Source of the DNA: Mobula hypostoma
Lineage: Eukaryota
Length of the DNA: 64,000 bases
Assembly: GCF_963921235.1 (NCBI RefSeq)
Contig: NC_086108.1
Location: 59,398,001-59,462,000 of the forward strand
Reading direction: 5' to 3'
This document shows positions 46,510 through 60,350 of the stretch, piece by piece. Every line of letters starts with the position of its first letter. The first letter of the stretch is position 1. The notes below the pieces were generated by a model. That model did not search any database and was not told the DNA's origin. It saw only the letters and a list, made by a program, of their open reading frames with translations. Both the position numbers and the translations under genes were made by a program.

Positions 46510-48920
46510 ACCAGCCAGGCAGCATCAACGAAAATGAATAAACAATCGATATTTTGGGCCAAGTCCCTTTTCAGGACTGGAAAGGAAGGAGGAGGACACA
46601 GAATAAGAAGGTGGGGGTGAGGGGAAGGAGGCCAAGTTAGAAGGTGAAAGGTGAAGCCAGGTGGGTGAGAAAGGTAATGGGTTGGAGAAGAAGAAATCTG
46701 ATAGGAGCGGAGGGTGAATTGTGGGAGAAACCAAAAAAGGAGAAGCACCAGAGAGGCATAGGCAGATCAGGAGAAGAGTGGAGAGGCCAGAATGGGAAAT
46801 AGAAGAAGAGGGAAGGGGGAGGGAAAAAGAAAAAAAAGAGAAAAAATTACCAGAAGGAGAAATTGATATTTGTGCGAATAGGATGGAGGCTACCTAGATG
46901 GATTATGAAACGTTGCTCCTCCACCCTGAGAGTGGCTTCAATGTGGCAGAAGAAGAAGCCAAATACCGACATATTGGAACAGGATTGGGAATAGGAATTA
47001 AAATGGTTAGCCACTGGGAAATTCTGCTTTTGATAGATGGAGCAGAGGTGCTCAACAAAGTGGTCTCCCAATTTACATTGGGTCTCACCAATATGGATGG
47101 GGCCACATTGGGAGAACGGGTACAATTTACAACACCATCAGATTCGCAGGTGAAGAGTTGCTTCACCTAGAAGGACTGTTTGGAGCCCTAAATGTTGGAG
47201 AGGAAAAAGGTGAATGGGCAAATGTATCATTTCTCTCACTTGCAGGGATATATACCAGGCGGGAGTTTAGTGGCTAGGGACAAATGGACAAGGGAATCAT
47301 GGAAGGAGTGGAAGGAGCAATCTCTGTGGAAAGCAGAGAATGGGTGGGGGGAGGAAGTAAAGACATGTTTGATGGTAGGATCCCATTGAAGATGACTCAA
47401 GTTGCTGAGAATGGTGTGATGAATGTGGGGGCCCTTGGGGTGGTAGGTGAAGACTCTATGAAATCAAATTAAATCATGTTTAATTATCATTCATATCAGG
47501 AAAACAAGGCAGCATACCTCTGGGACCAAGGTACAAAAACATACAGGTGTATTCAAAATAATGAGAGAGAAAATAAAAGAAATTAGTCATGCAAGAAAAC
47601 ACATTTTTAGTCCAAGACCCTAAGCGACAAGTCACACAAACTTATGGCTCCTGGCAGTCCATCTGTAATTCCACTAATGCAAAACTGGAGGGCAGCACAA
47701 ATGGGAAAGGCCACCCCCAACTGAGCTTGGACACCATGCTACACTGTCTCCAGTGTCTCCTCCTCACCTGGGCTGAAGTAGCAGGCAAGCCCTCGGCTTG
47801 AGGCCTAGTCCTTGCTGCAACTGAGATGGAACTGTTACCTCACCTCCCGTCTCTCTACCAAACAAGAGAAACAGGCCTACGGCAATCAATGTCCAACAGG
47901 ATCTTGTGATCACAAAAGAAAGGTCCAAGACAGTCACTGATGGCTTCTCTGTATGCCACCTTCATGCACCAACTCCGGTTCAGGCAGCAGCATGGCCTAC
48001 ACACAGGTTAGCTCCTCCAAAACCAATTCAGCTCCTCCTGTGGCCTGGCAGCTCAGTGACCTGACTCTCCTCCCACAGCCTAGTGGCTCAACTCTCCCAT
48101 CGGAACCCGGCAGCCTGACACTCCTTCCACATCCCAACAGCTGGCCTCCCTTTCTCTAAACCATCAGCCTGCTTAAATGACACCCTAGACCGGCTACTCC
48201 AAACTACGAGCAGGTCTCTGATGCGGTAGACCTGTTGTACTCATAGTTATTGTTGTCTGGTATAGACTTACAATAAAAAAAATATATTTAACAAATAAAA
48301 AAGCAGCTTTGGTTGGCCCCTGAGAGGCTGCTGCTTCTGTTAAGGTAGCAGGAAAATGGGGTAAATAGTCCAGTAAACAGAGGAGATATGCGTAAGGGCA
48401 ACATCAATAGTAGAGGAAAGAAAGCCCTGTTCTTTGAAGAAGGAGGACATTTCTGATGTCCTGGAAAGTGAAGCCTCATCCTGAGAACAGACGCAGCAGA
48501 GAAGAAGGAACAGAGGAAAAGAGATAACATTTTTACATTAGAGAAGAGGTATAGTCAAGATAGCTGAGGGAATAGATAGGTTTATAAAAGATTTCGGTGG
48601 ACAGCTTGTCTCCAGAGATGGAGTCGGAGAGTTCAAGAAAGGGCAGAGAGGTGTCAGGAATAGACTAAGTGAATTTAAGGGCAGGGTGGAAGTTGGAGGC
48701 AAAGTTGATGAAATTGACAAACTCAGCATGGGTGCATAAAGCAACACCATTGCAGTCACCAATGTAGTGCAGAAAGAGTTGGGGGATATTGACAGGGAAG
48801 CCTTGGAATGTGGACTGCTCAATGTAGCCAATGAAAGGAGCCCACATGGGCGCCTATGGCTACCCCTTGAGTTTGGAGAAAGCGGAAGGAGCGAAGGAGA
48901 AACTGTTGAGGGTGAGGACC
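46510..48920 (-). mobile_element. Old Penelope-like element interrupted by an insertion at ~47460-48335
   Basis: GIY-YIG region (IHIGETQCKLGDHFVEHL), RT region (LFLHYIGD, FINFASNFHPALKFT) and a decayed hammerhead at 46544-46578. Confidence 0.85.
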
Positions 48921-51900
48921 AAGACAGTACAGAGCCACATATTTCTCACTGGGATCTTTTATTGAAAATTTGCTTAGCCAAACCATGACCATAGCCACAT
49001 TTTATATTGTGCACAATGACATCAATTTCATCAGTTACCTACGGGTCACAGAATTCGTACTCTGGAACCGAACAGGAAGTCTAAGGGGTAAAAGAAACCC
49101 CTTTTAAATTAAATAATGACAGTTGCAAACTATCTGTCACATCATTGTGATTTATCAGTGAATCATGAAGATTTCTTCTTGATTGAGTGGGAGGAAATGT
49201 GATGTCTCTCCATTCCTTCTCTCAGTGAACCAGACCCATCTCAAGCTACTTTTGACCATTAGTTCAATATGGTCACAATTATGTGAGCAAAGCATTTTTG
49301 TGCTCATACCCTCTATTGAGCTCTAGGAAACGTACATCCAATGGGCATACCGTTCCATCATGACATGGTGCAAAGACTGAATACAATTTCTCTCAGGTCC
49401 ATGGACATGTCCTTCCAAATATAGAGCTCTGTTGTTGTTTACATGATACCAATTTTACTATATATGCTGAAATAACTCCATATATGCATAGTGGAAGGCT
49501 GTCTGAAAGATTAGTGGTCTACATAATATAGCATTTATATTTACCTGTCAATGGTGAATGTTGAGCACATTAAATCACCAATTTTCCCAACTGCAGATGA
49601 AGCCCTACACACTTGGGAATCAGCTTTATATGGATTTACACTAGTAAGTGACATCATCAGGAACTTGGCTTGAAAATGTGGTATGGAAGTATCTCCTTGC
49701 CAAGTTCTGAAACTTCAATTGGTGTTACACTAACTCTCTACTGTCTCTATACCACAATGTTCATTACTATAGAAATGTATGGTCAGGTATTGTCCTGTAA
49801 ATGTCAGCCCAAGCTAGTAAGCAGTAAATTGCAGACTATGAAGCCCTTTGCCTCAAACATTTATCAGAAGATTCTGGTCTCCAGGTACTTACCTTGACTA
49901 CAATCCTAAACCCACCACTATCTCACTTCGGCAATGCTGTAAGGCACTTACTTGGTCAACGTTTATGGACTGACGACATACAGAGCTCTGAACTCACAGA
50001 AGTCTATCAATGGGATGGAGATTGTTCAGAGCAAGTGTCAAGCTGCCACTTCCTCCTGAGCATGCTTGCGATCATTTCTGCATGTGACTCTGTGTAAAGG
50101 TGAGAGAAAGCTTCAGAACTTCAGTGTGCCACTGTCCCTCAAGAGACTTTGAGACTTTGTCTTTACAGCAGTATCCCTGTACACAAGGTTCAACTATTGG
50201 CTTATTGTCTGAACAATGGGGTATCAACTGGGGTCTCTTAAGAATAGTTCACTGCTGATTACATCACTCAAACATGTAGTCAATAATATTGCCCCATAGC
50301 ATACTCAAGAAAAGAGTTATTCTGTTTACAGTACTTAGGAGTGGAAGTAATATAAATATTTAAAGCTGTACTTAACCTCTTGACTTCTTAAATTAGAAGG
50401 CAATGAGTACGCTCTCATTTTTGCAGCTAACGCTGCTAAGTGATTTCACTGCACTTTGAAACTTGCATACTGGTCCTTACCTAATGGCGCATCACCAAAG
50501 GTTACTTACCTAATGCATGAGTACTATGTGAGCATGGATGGAGAAATTATCTGGGGAATTAATTTGCATATTACACAGGCAGGATCACTCATACCATATG
50601 CCTGCGGACATGCACTGAAATAAAGATTGTCAGATTGAGAGACATGTTCCCTCAGGGGCAGGGGAGTGTGAAGATATCTTTTATATTTGACATCTTCTGT
50701 AACTGCCACCAGCTTCACACCTCTGACCACACTCCACTGGGCCCTATCAATGGACGTCAGGCATCGGATGTTTTCTCGAGAGTCTCCATCGAGGCAAAGT
50801 CTGGACCCGCCTATACAATAAGCTGTCCTGGAAAATTGCAGCTGGTGCTACTCTCAGATACAAGTCTCGCTGGCATGGGATGGACTGGGCAGCAGGAGCA
50901 CCAGCAGGAAAAAGAGAAAAAGTAGGTGTGTTGGGAAATGATGGCATAGAGAGAAAGATGGAGAGGAAGAGAGAAAGAACAAGACAGAAATAAAGCATGG
51001 GAGACAGAAATCTTTCTCTGCCTTCCTTTCTTTTCTCTTTTCTTTCTTTCAGCTTCCTTCTCTCTGTCGTTTCCTTCCCTCTCTCTCAATGGCATATTTT
51101 CCTTGTTCTCTCTTTATTTCTTCCTCATCACCCTTCCCTCATGCTTAAAAGCACAATCAGACCCTAATCCATTTGTCTGGCTCTCCTCTGCTTTTGAAAG
51201 AGAGAAAAAAATTCATGGATGCCTTGAATCTGAAGTAAAAGCAGAAGATTCCGAAATGCCGAGATAACTTCTGTGGGGAGATAATCAGAGTTAATGATTC
51301 GGGTCAATCCCCCTTCCATGGGAAGCCTAGAAGGATTGTTGATCTGAAGTACTAAAGTCTGTTTCTTGCTCACCTGCTGAGCACTTACAGCAATTTTTAA
51401 AATTTATTTTCTTGCCTGCTACCTGTTCCTTGGCTTACAAACTCATATCCAAAAAAAAAATCTCCTTATAAACATAAACGTAACTGAGTTATTTAATATT
51501 AGGCCACATGATGACATGAGGAGAAAGGAACCTTGGATCACATAAGAGGCTAGGTTTGAGAAATGATTGAATTTACTGTAGCATTGTTCTCAGTTCCTCA
51601 GGCTCAGTCCTGACAACCTCCTCCTCAATGCTGCTCAGGTATCCCTGCTAAGGCTCCTGCTGTACAGGTCATACATGCATCCCTCTACCTCATCATTAAA
51701 ATGGTAACTTGGTCTCAATAACTCTGTTCAGCCCTTGCCCAGCTGAACATACAGGGCAACAACCTGAAATAGCTTCCATCCTCTGCATGCTCTAGTCACC
51801 TGGCCTTTAAAACCTGAAGCCACGATGACAGTTAGTGCAGAATGAATTACATAGGTGTAATATTTATTTGCAAAAAAAAATACCGTCAGTGCAATAGCAG

Positions 51901-52524
51901 GAAAATAAAAAAAGTGATGTTCACTGAGAATGTAAACTGGAAAAAACAAGTTGTTTGCACAATGCCAGTATAACAAAATTATATAAGGATGGAGAAATTC
52001 CTAGTCATATGATCTTGCACGAACTGCAAGCAGCAAAATTGAATCTAGAATATTGTAATCCTATATCTGACCTGCATGCATTTTTATTTAAAATTTGCAC
52101 CTGGAGCAACGACTTGTTATTTCTGCCACTTACCAGAGCTTTGCAGTGTTACTATTAGACCTTTAAAAGATGAACAGGGCAATTTCAACTTGCTTTGCCC
52201 ATATGAGTTGAAATAGAGTAGACATTTTGGTGCATATGGACATGCCTGTCTTTTTAACTCAGATTTCCAGCTGGGTGCCTGGGTTCTCTTTAGGAATTGT
52301 TATAAATCTTCATTAATCTTTGCAAATCAGAGTCAATGATGTAAAAAGGATATAATTTAGGAGCATTTCTTGTGGATGGCTGCCACTAAAAATGGACATG
52401 AGGAAGTGGTCCCAAAGGGTAGATATATTTGTAGGGCTAGGAGGAACAGCAGATTTCATCTGAGTTCCACACTAGTAATATGAGAGCTTGTTCATGGTTC
52501 ACTATTGCTCTTGGCTCATCCTCC

Positions 52525-52836
52525 CCTTTATTTATTTATTAAATGATACAACACCGAGTAGGCCCTTCCAGCCCTTCGAGCCAAGCTGCCCCAGCAGCCC
52601 CCAACAAATCCAATTAACCTTAACCTCATCGCCGGACAATTTACAAGGACCAATTAACCTACCCAGCATGCCTCTGGACAGTGGGAGGAAACCGGAGGAC
52701 CAGGGCGAAAGCCCACGCATTCCAAAGGGAGGACATCCAGAGACTCCTTACAGAACAGTGCCGGAATTGGACTCTGATCTCCGAAACGCCCCGAGCTGTA
52801 ATAGTGTCACACTAACTGCTACACAACCGTGGCGCC
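52525..52836 (-). mobile_element. V-SINE-like tRNA-derived SINE
   Basis: The minus strand reads GGCGCCACGGTTGTGTAGCAGTTAG..TCCTCCGGTTTCCTCCCAC..AATAAATAAATA. Confidence 0.8.
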
Positions 52837-52920
52837 TTTCTTTGAATGCCTTTATCACCCAACATTTAATCACCCTTAAGCGCTTTATCATCTGACATGG
52901 ATCATAGAATATAAAGCGTA

Positions 52921-53225
52921 AAGTAAAGGCATCCGTTAGTCTTGCGAGACCATGGATCTGCGCCCAGAAAGTCTTCACTGTCCGGGGCGCAGGCCTGAGC
53001 AAAGTTGTATGGAAGACCAGCAGTTGCCCATGCTGCAAGTTTCCCCTCTCCACAACACCAATGTTGTCCAAGGGAAGGGCATTAGGACCCATACAGCTTG
53101 GCACCAGTGTCGTCGCAGAGCAATGTGTGATTAAGTGCCTTGCTCAAGGACACAACACGCTTTGCTCAAACTCACAACCTTCAGGTCACTAGTCCAATGC
53201 CTTAACCACTTGGCCACGTGCCCAC
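52921..53225 (-). mobile_element. tRNA-derived SINE with 12-bp TSD
   Basis: Head GGGCACGTGGCCAAGTGGTTAAGGC and tail GCCTTTACTT. TSD ATATAAAGCGTA at 52909-52920 and 53226-53237. Confidence 0.85.
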
Positions 53226-55419
53226 ATATAAAGCGTATGAAATGAAAATCTGAGCAAAAATATTGCAGATTCTGTAAATCTGAAATAAAAATAGAAAAAA
53301 AGTGGGCAACACTGAGCAGATGAAGCAGAGTTAGCATTTTAGGTTGAAAATCTTTCATCACTGAGTACAGAGGCCACTCACTGGACATTCAATGGCTGAA
53401 GTCAATGAGTATAATTTAACAGAAGACAGCCCACAGACTTTTTCCAATGAGTGATCAGGAAAATTTGTCGTAGTTCTTAGCCATACAGATCAGAAGGTGT
53501 TGTAATTAATTCTTTGATTGTAATAGGTATGTAACAGCAGATCTTGCTCAAATTGGCCATTTTTGCTAGCCTCTGGATTTCTGAGCACTGATCTCTTCTG
53601 CAAAGTATATGTGTATCAGCAATACATAAGGACATGATCAGGCTCAGCTGTGATGCTTTCTGTGATAAAGTAGCCTGCCAGCCCTCACTGACTAGGTTTA
53701 ACTATGAAGGATGACCACTTAGGGAAGACACTAGGGGTCTGCCAGGCCCTGTAAAGTCAATCACCAATGAAAATGAGCAACTTCAAGAGAGGAAGGGAAA
53801 CAAAAATGATAAAAATAAATCAACACAGTCATCAGTATACCTTTACTGCTGTTCTTCAGAGGATAGTTTTGGGATTATGCCCAACCCATTTAGTCTCCTT
53901 AACAAAAACTATGTGTTTCTCCCCCACAGAAGTAATTCAAGTGAAACTGAAAATACCGATCTAACCAAACATTCTGCATTACCTATCCGCGGACTGATGT
54001 TTTCCTCTGAGTTATATTTCCATGGTGAGGAAAATTAACTACAAGGACAAACTGACAGCCCTACATCCTACTTCTAATAACTAACACATAATGTTAGTTT
54101 ATGCACCCTGGGGCCAATTTTGAAGAATTACTATTAAAATAATTTATCAGTACAGGGTCCATGACCTGTAGTCTTAATACACTGTCTTGTTGTTAGCACT
54201 GCACTTACCATGCTATTATAAATTAACCTATCAAATTAAGTAGTTTTTCATTGCTCATGGCTTTCCATTCTTCAAACAACCTTTTGGCCTAAAATGAATG
54301 CAAAGGATCATTGTATTTTTAATATTTTAAATTGCTTTACCGCTGCTCATAGTGGATATTTGGCCTCCTTGTTATTGAACAGTTCAGTATTTTTACTTTT
54401 CCAGAATATTTGCTTTTCTTTTACATTTTCTCAGAAACTCCATTTGTAATTTATCAGAACGACATTTGAGAATTGATGTTGACTGGTGTCCATTATTTTG
54501 AATTTATACATGAGATACATATGATTATTTTGTGTGTGATTTTATTTTGGAAAAGAAGGAAATTATTTGTTGGGCTTGCCTGAAGGCCCAGAACTCTCGA
54601 TCTATTTCTTCCACTTAATTCTCACCTTTAGTCTTATGTAGAATTCTCACAGGATGTGTTAACTTGATGGTAGAAGATTTTAGTTTCCTGTTTTGTTCTA
54701 TTGAAGTCATACGGATGTCTAGCATATATATGCATCACAAAATTTCCAGCAGAAAATCAAATCAATAAAACAGTGAATCAAAATTAAATGGCAAAATTTA
54801 AATTTATCATGGGACATGCTCTCTGGTGGTGGGATTCTGTTTTTTTTTTATTTTGAAATGATGCACTGTATAATTTCCAGAGTAATGTGACATGCATGGA
54901 TTGGAATAGGCGATAGAATAATCTCAAATCAAGGTGGCAAATATAGTGACAGTGTCATCTTTAAAACCAATGGCAACTTTTAGCAAATTTCAGTCTCAGA
55001 TATTCCTTCTGACCACAATGATCAGTTGATTACTCATAAGATAGATAGATTGCAGAACAGTATTCCCAGGTTTGCAAAAACAGATAAGGAACTACGTGTG
55101 CCAGTTAGTTGGGGGAGGGACACAGATGGGCCATTTTAGTAATGGAGAACTACACAGGACAATATCTCACTAACTATCCTGGTTTTCTTCAACACACAAA
55201 TACTCTCAACATACTTTAGAATATGAGTGATTTTAAATTTTAGTTTCACAAAAGGTCTGAGAATCAGGTATAATCAGTGTGTTATTTTTAGCATATTTAC
55301 AGTATATTCATTAAACATGTAGTCCTTAATTAGGAGGGAAGCAGATATTTTCTGTGAGTAGTAGATTCTTCTAGGGATGGAAGTATTTTTTTTTCTGTCC
55401 TGATTCTATGCACTCTTCA

Positions 55420-56335
55420 CTTATAGGTATTAAAAGGGTTGATCCCATGATTGGCTGTCTCTCTGTATGGTACTATTTGATACACCAACTGTGAAGAAAC
55501 AAAAATTGGTGACGCTGTAGTTAATGAGGAGGGTCGTAATATGTTACAGATGTTATTGATCAGTTGGTCAATAGCAGGACAAATTAAATCTTGAAAGTGC
55601 AAAATGATGTACTTAAGGATGACCAGAAAAGTCATACACAATGAAGAAAGCATTGGTGAACAAAATGACCTTAGTATATAAGTCTGAATGAGTGGAAAAG
55701 GTGTGGGGAAGAAATAAGGAGCACTTGCCTTCATTAACCAGACAGAGGAGGTTTAAAAAACATTAATAAGGCTACAGCAAGAGTACTGTGTGTATGTCTG
55801 GCCACCAGACTATAGGAAAGACATGAATGCATGTGAAAGCTTGCAGAGAAAATTACTCAGCATAATAGTTTCTAACTGTGCTTATCCACTCATGAACCAG
55901 ATAACCTTGTTTAGAGAACCTGGATAGAATGAATTTGCTTTATTCCAAGTGAAGAAAGCTGAGAGGGGACTTATTTGGGGTATATAAAATTAGAGAGGCA
56001 TAAAGAGGGTAGGTAATAGAAAACATTTCCCCATGACAGAAGAGTCAAAAACAAGGTTATATACAGTAGGTTTAGGGTAATGGAAAAGAGGCTCAGACAG
56101 GATGCAAGAAAGAATTTTTTTTCACTCTGAGACTGATTGGAATCTAGAGCACACTGCCTGGGTGGTGGAAGCAGGTACTCGCAAAACATATTAGAAGTAC
56201 TTAGATGAGCATTTGAAATGCCAAGGCATACAATCCTGCCGACCAAGTTCTGGTGAATGGGATTAGATTACAACTAATGGTTGGCATGGAAATAGTGGGC
56301 TAAAGAACTTGTTTCTATGCAGTATCACTCTATGA
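55420..56335 (+). mobile_element. Highly decayed CR1 3' part
   Basis: GAGTACTGTGTG..CTGGCCACC and AAGAATTTTTTTTCACTCTGAG, plus a CR1-like tail. Confidence 0.7.
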
Positions 56336-56939
56336 AACTTCAGAGATCTGTGCCAGCTATTACCAGCCTGCTGCTGCTTGATATTCTCTGTGTATATCCA
56401 GAGATTTGAGTTGTGAATAGGCTGCTTATCTGTATAAATTGTCCTCTTGATGGATAGCAAAGAATTAATTTTCCCTACCATTTCTAGAATCAGCTCTACA
56501 GATCAATGAACTGCGGAAATAACAAAACTTCTGTGTATCCATAGTCATTTCCTATTTCCTCAATTCACATAAGTGACTCCTGGCTCTGCCCATTCTCATC
56601 ACTGAAATCAATTTATTCATGAGAATGCTATCAAAATAAATTTTGAGATTTGAATCTGGTGCTGTCTAGTCCTACATCCAATTGGAGAAACCAAATTCAA
56701 GAACTGCTTGATATAGCTCAGTATAGTTCAGTCATCTCTGTTGCCCTCCTCTGAACTCCTCTCTGGGAATATACTTCTTGAAGTAGAGTATAAATGAGGC
56801 ACATAATTCTTCAGAAAAAAAGATAGGCAAAATTTAAAATATAATCCCATTATCTCAAACTTTCTGGATAGCTTACGCACTAAAGCCCAGATATTCTAAT
56901 GTAGCTGTATCTTACTATTTCTTTGATTGGAGTCAAAAC

Positions 56940-58435
56940 CAGAATCAGAAAATAACCAGTGGTGATTATGGCAGATCCAGCCCTGGCAGGGTCTCTCCAG
57001 ATGAACCTCCGTTGACACGTGTGGGAGTTGTCTACTTTGGACCTTTTAATGTGAAAAGCAGAGGGACTACAGTAAAGAGCTATGGGGTTATGTTCACATG
57101 CTTAGCCAAACAAGCCATTCATATTGAAGTGGTATTTTCTTTGGACACAGATTCCTTTGTTACTGCACCTTGATGCTTTATAGCAAGACGAGGACAAGTT
57201 TGTGAATTTTGCTCTGATGATGTGACAAACTTTTTTGAAGCTGACCGTGAGTTGAGAGAAGCTATTGAGAAGTAGAATCATTTACAGACCAACTATGAAG
57301 GTGCAGAATCTTGACAAAGAGAGTCTTCACACAGATCTTTGTGAAGTAGAGGCTATTGTTAATACCTAAAGAATCATCCGATTGTCTGTTCCTTCTGAAG
57401 ACCTCACAATCCTTACCCCCAGAAGAGTTGCACAAGTAAGATGTTTATGCTCGTCATAGTTGGGAGCAAATCTAATACATGACAAACTTGTTTTTGAAAT
57501 GGTGGGTTAAGGAATATTTACCCCAGCTACAGGAATATCAGAAATGATCAAGTATAAGCTGCAATTTCCTCTCAGGAGATATTGTGCTTATAGTTGATGA
57601 CACAGTGCCTCGAAATTTATGGGTCAGTGGAAGAATTATTCAAGGTTTTCCAGACAGATGAGGATTTCTGCAACAGGTACACATCAAGACCAAGACAATC
57701 TGTTTGAATTGGCCTATAACCGAGATCTGTATCCTGCAGGAGGCAAAGGTTTGAGGAGCTGCAGCTTCAGAAGCTTCATGATTCTATCTTGTCAGAGAGT
57801 GTTGGTAAAGATCACTTGGCACTGGGTTAAGCACTGCTAACCTCTGGCCTAAATGAGTGTTGCATGACTGGTCTTGAAGAAGAAGAAAGAAGAGGACTTT
57901 GTGAATGTTAAGATTTCAGGTCTACTATGTTTTGGCAGTGTGTAGTTGTAATTATCTATAGCATAATAGATAGAACGCTGGGATGTAGAAGCCACGTATA
58001 TGTTTTCTATCTGCATTGTATTTTGTGGTGCAAGTTTATTATGTTTATTATGGTAGCTAGTCACATGGGTAGGGTATGGTATAGCAAAGGATTAATTACA
58101 TATTCATACTTTATTCTGGTTAGTTTTAGAGCTGGGGACAACCAGGTGTCATATCTTATGTTGACCTTAAATTTCTTTTAATTACATTTGAAATCTCTTA
58201 ATTCTAGTTAACTTTGCTTAAGTTCACTTAAGTACGTTTACTATCACTAGTTTTAATTTCGTAAGTTTCATTGCTTCAAGATTGTATGTTTTGATAATTG
58301 CTAATAAAGGATCGAATAGATTTCTTTAACTTTTTTGAACATTATTAGTAGATGGATCAGAGGGTGCATCATACCGGATAACACCCCATGCTTGGTCTCC
58401 AGTAGCGGCATTGTTTGTTCGAGTAACTGCTAACA
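56940..58435 (+). mobile_element. BEL/Pao LTR retrotransposon remnant (integrase, C-terminal domain, putative 3' LTR ~57984-58435)
   Basis: Manual translation gives DEPPLTRVGVVYFGPF..YGVMFTCLAKQAIHIEVV..FIARRG..SDD and WWVKEYLPQLQ..GDIVLIVDD. The TG...CA LTR boundaries are tentative. Confidence 0.8.
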
Positions 58436-58749
58436 CATTAACCACACTTCTACTTCCACAGATGCTACCCAGTCTTCTGAATATTTATAGAATTTTTCCA
58501 TTTAATACCACAGACCCTTTACAAGTGAGCTACACTACTTAAGCATGAATTCTCCATTTACCCTTTTATTCAAGACCACGTAGAACTTTGCTGTACTCAA
58601 ATTCAGATTCCTGAAAACTTTAATCAATCTATTTTCTGCTTTTCCATTTGTACTACATTACCTAGCATAATAATTGCATTTAATAACTACATTAATTATG
58701 TTATGTTTCAGATAATTGGTAAACAACAAAGAAGGCCAGAATAAGTAAG

Positions 58750-59960
58750 AACATAAGACTATTAGAGCAGAATTAGGCCATTTGGTCCATCAAGAATGCT
58801 CTGCCATTTCATAACGGTTGATCCAATTCCCTCTCAACCTCATTCTCCTGCGTTCTTCCTTTAACCTTTCATGCCCTGACCAATCAAGAACCTATCAATT
58901 TCTAGCTTAAATACACCAATGACGTGACCTCCACGGCCACCCGTTGCAACAAAATCCACAGATTCATCACCCTCTGGCTAAATAAATTCCTCCACATCTC
59001 CATTCTAAATGGATGTCCCTCCATTCTGAGCTGTGTTCTCTGGTTTTAGACTCTTCCATGTCCAATCTATCAAGGCCTCTTTCAATGAGATTCCCCTTCA
59101 TTCTTCTGAATTCTAGTGAGTAATGGTCTACAGCCATCAAATGCTCCTCATATGATAAGCCTTTCATTCCTGGAATCATTCTCATGGACCTCCTCTGAAC
59201 CCTCTCCAATGGCAGCACATCCCTTCTTAAATAAGGGGCCTCACTGCTCACAATACTGTACTCCGTGAGGCTTCACCAGTGCCTTATACAGCCACAGCAT
59301 TACGTCCTTGTTTTTATATTCTGGTCCTCTTGAGATTAATGCTAACACTATATTTGCCTTCCTCACCAATGATTCAACCTGAAAATTTACCTTCACGGAA
59401 TCCTGCACCTCAGATTTTTAAAAATGTTCTCTCTATTTAGAAAATAGTTTATGCTTTTATTTCTTCTTTGAAAGTGCACGGTCATACACTTCCCAACACT
59501 GTATTCCATCTGCCACTTCTTTGCCCGTTTTACTAATCTGTCAAAGTCCTTCTGCAGCCTCCCTGCTTTTTTAACACTACCTGCTCCTCCATCTATCTTC
59601 ATATCATCTGCAAACTTGGCCACAATGCCATCAATTCCATCATCCAAATCACTGACACACAAAAAAGTGGTCCTGACACTGGCCCCTGTGGAACACTATT
59701 AACTACTGGCAGCCAACCAGAACAGACTCCCTTTATTCCTACTCTTTGTCTACTGCCAATCTGCCAATGCTCTAACCATGCTAGAATCTACCCTGTAATA
59801 CCATGGGCTTATATCTCGTGAAGCAGCCTCATGTGTGGCACCTTGTCAAAAGCCTTCTGAAAATCCAAATACAAAACATTCATCAATTCTCCTTTGTTTA
59901 TCCTGCTTGTTATTTTCTCAAAGAATTCTAACAGATTTGTCTGGCAAGATTTTACGTTAG
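58750..59960 (-). mobile_element. CR1 RT remnant
   Basis: YLDFQKAFDKVPH, KFADD and RMIPGMKGLSYEE motifs, plus a 3' tail. Confidence 0.9.
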
Positions 59961-60350
59961 GTAAAATTGTAGAAAATCGCAATTTTCCACAAATGGTATA
60001 AATGCTACAAATATTAAATTCAATATTACTTGAGTAGAATATCCACCCTTTCAGAATTCTAAGAGCAGGCAGTGAAATATGTGAACTGAATATATTTCTC
60101 CGAACTTTGATGAAATCTGTAAGATGACACAGCAACCCTTTACAACAGCTGCGTAGAAATAAGCTATAAAGGTTGAGTTACCAAATCCTCCTGCAGTTTG
60201 TATGGGTGATTGGTCAGCTATAGTAAGAGAGGCACCTGCTGCAGCTCGAAACGAACCAAATGACTGAAGTTGAGATATGATGGCGCCTGGTAGCAAAGCT
60301 GCATAGTATCATCATCCTGATTGAATCCTAATCTTAAAAGAAGGGACTAC

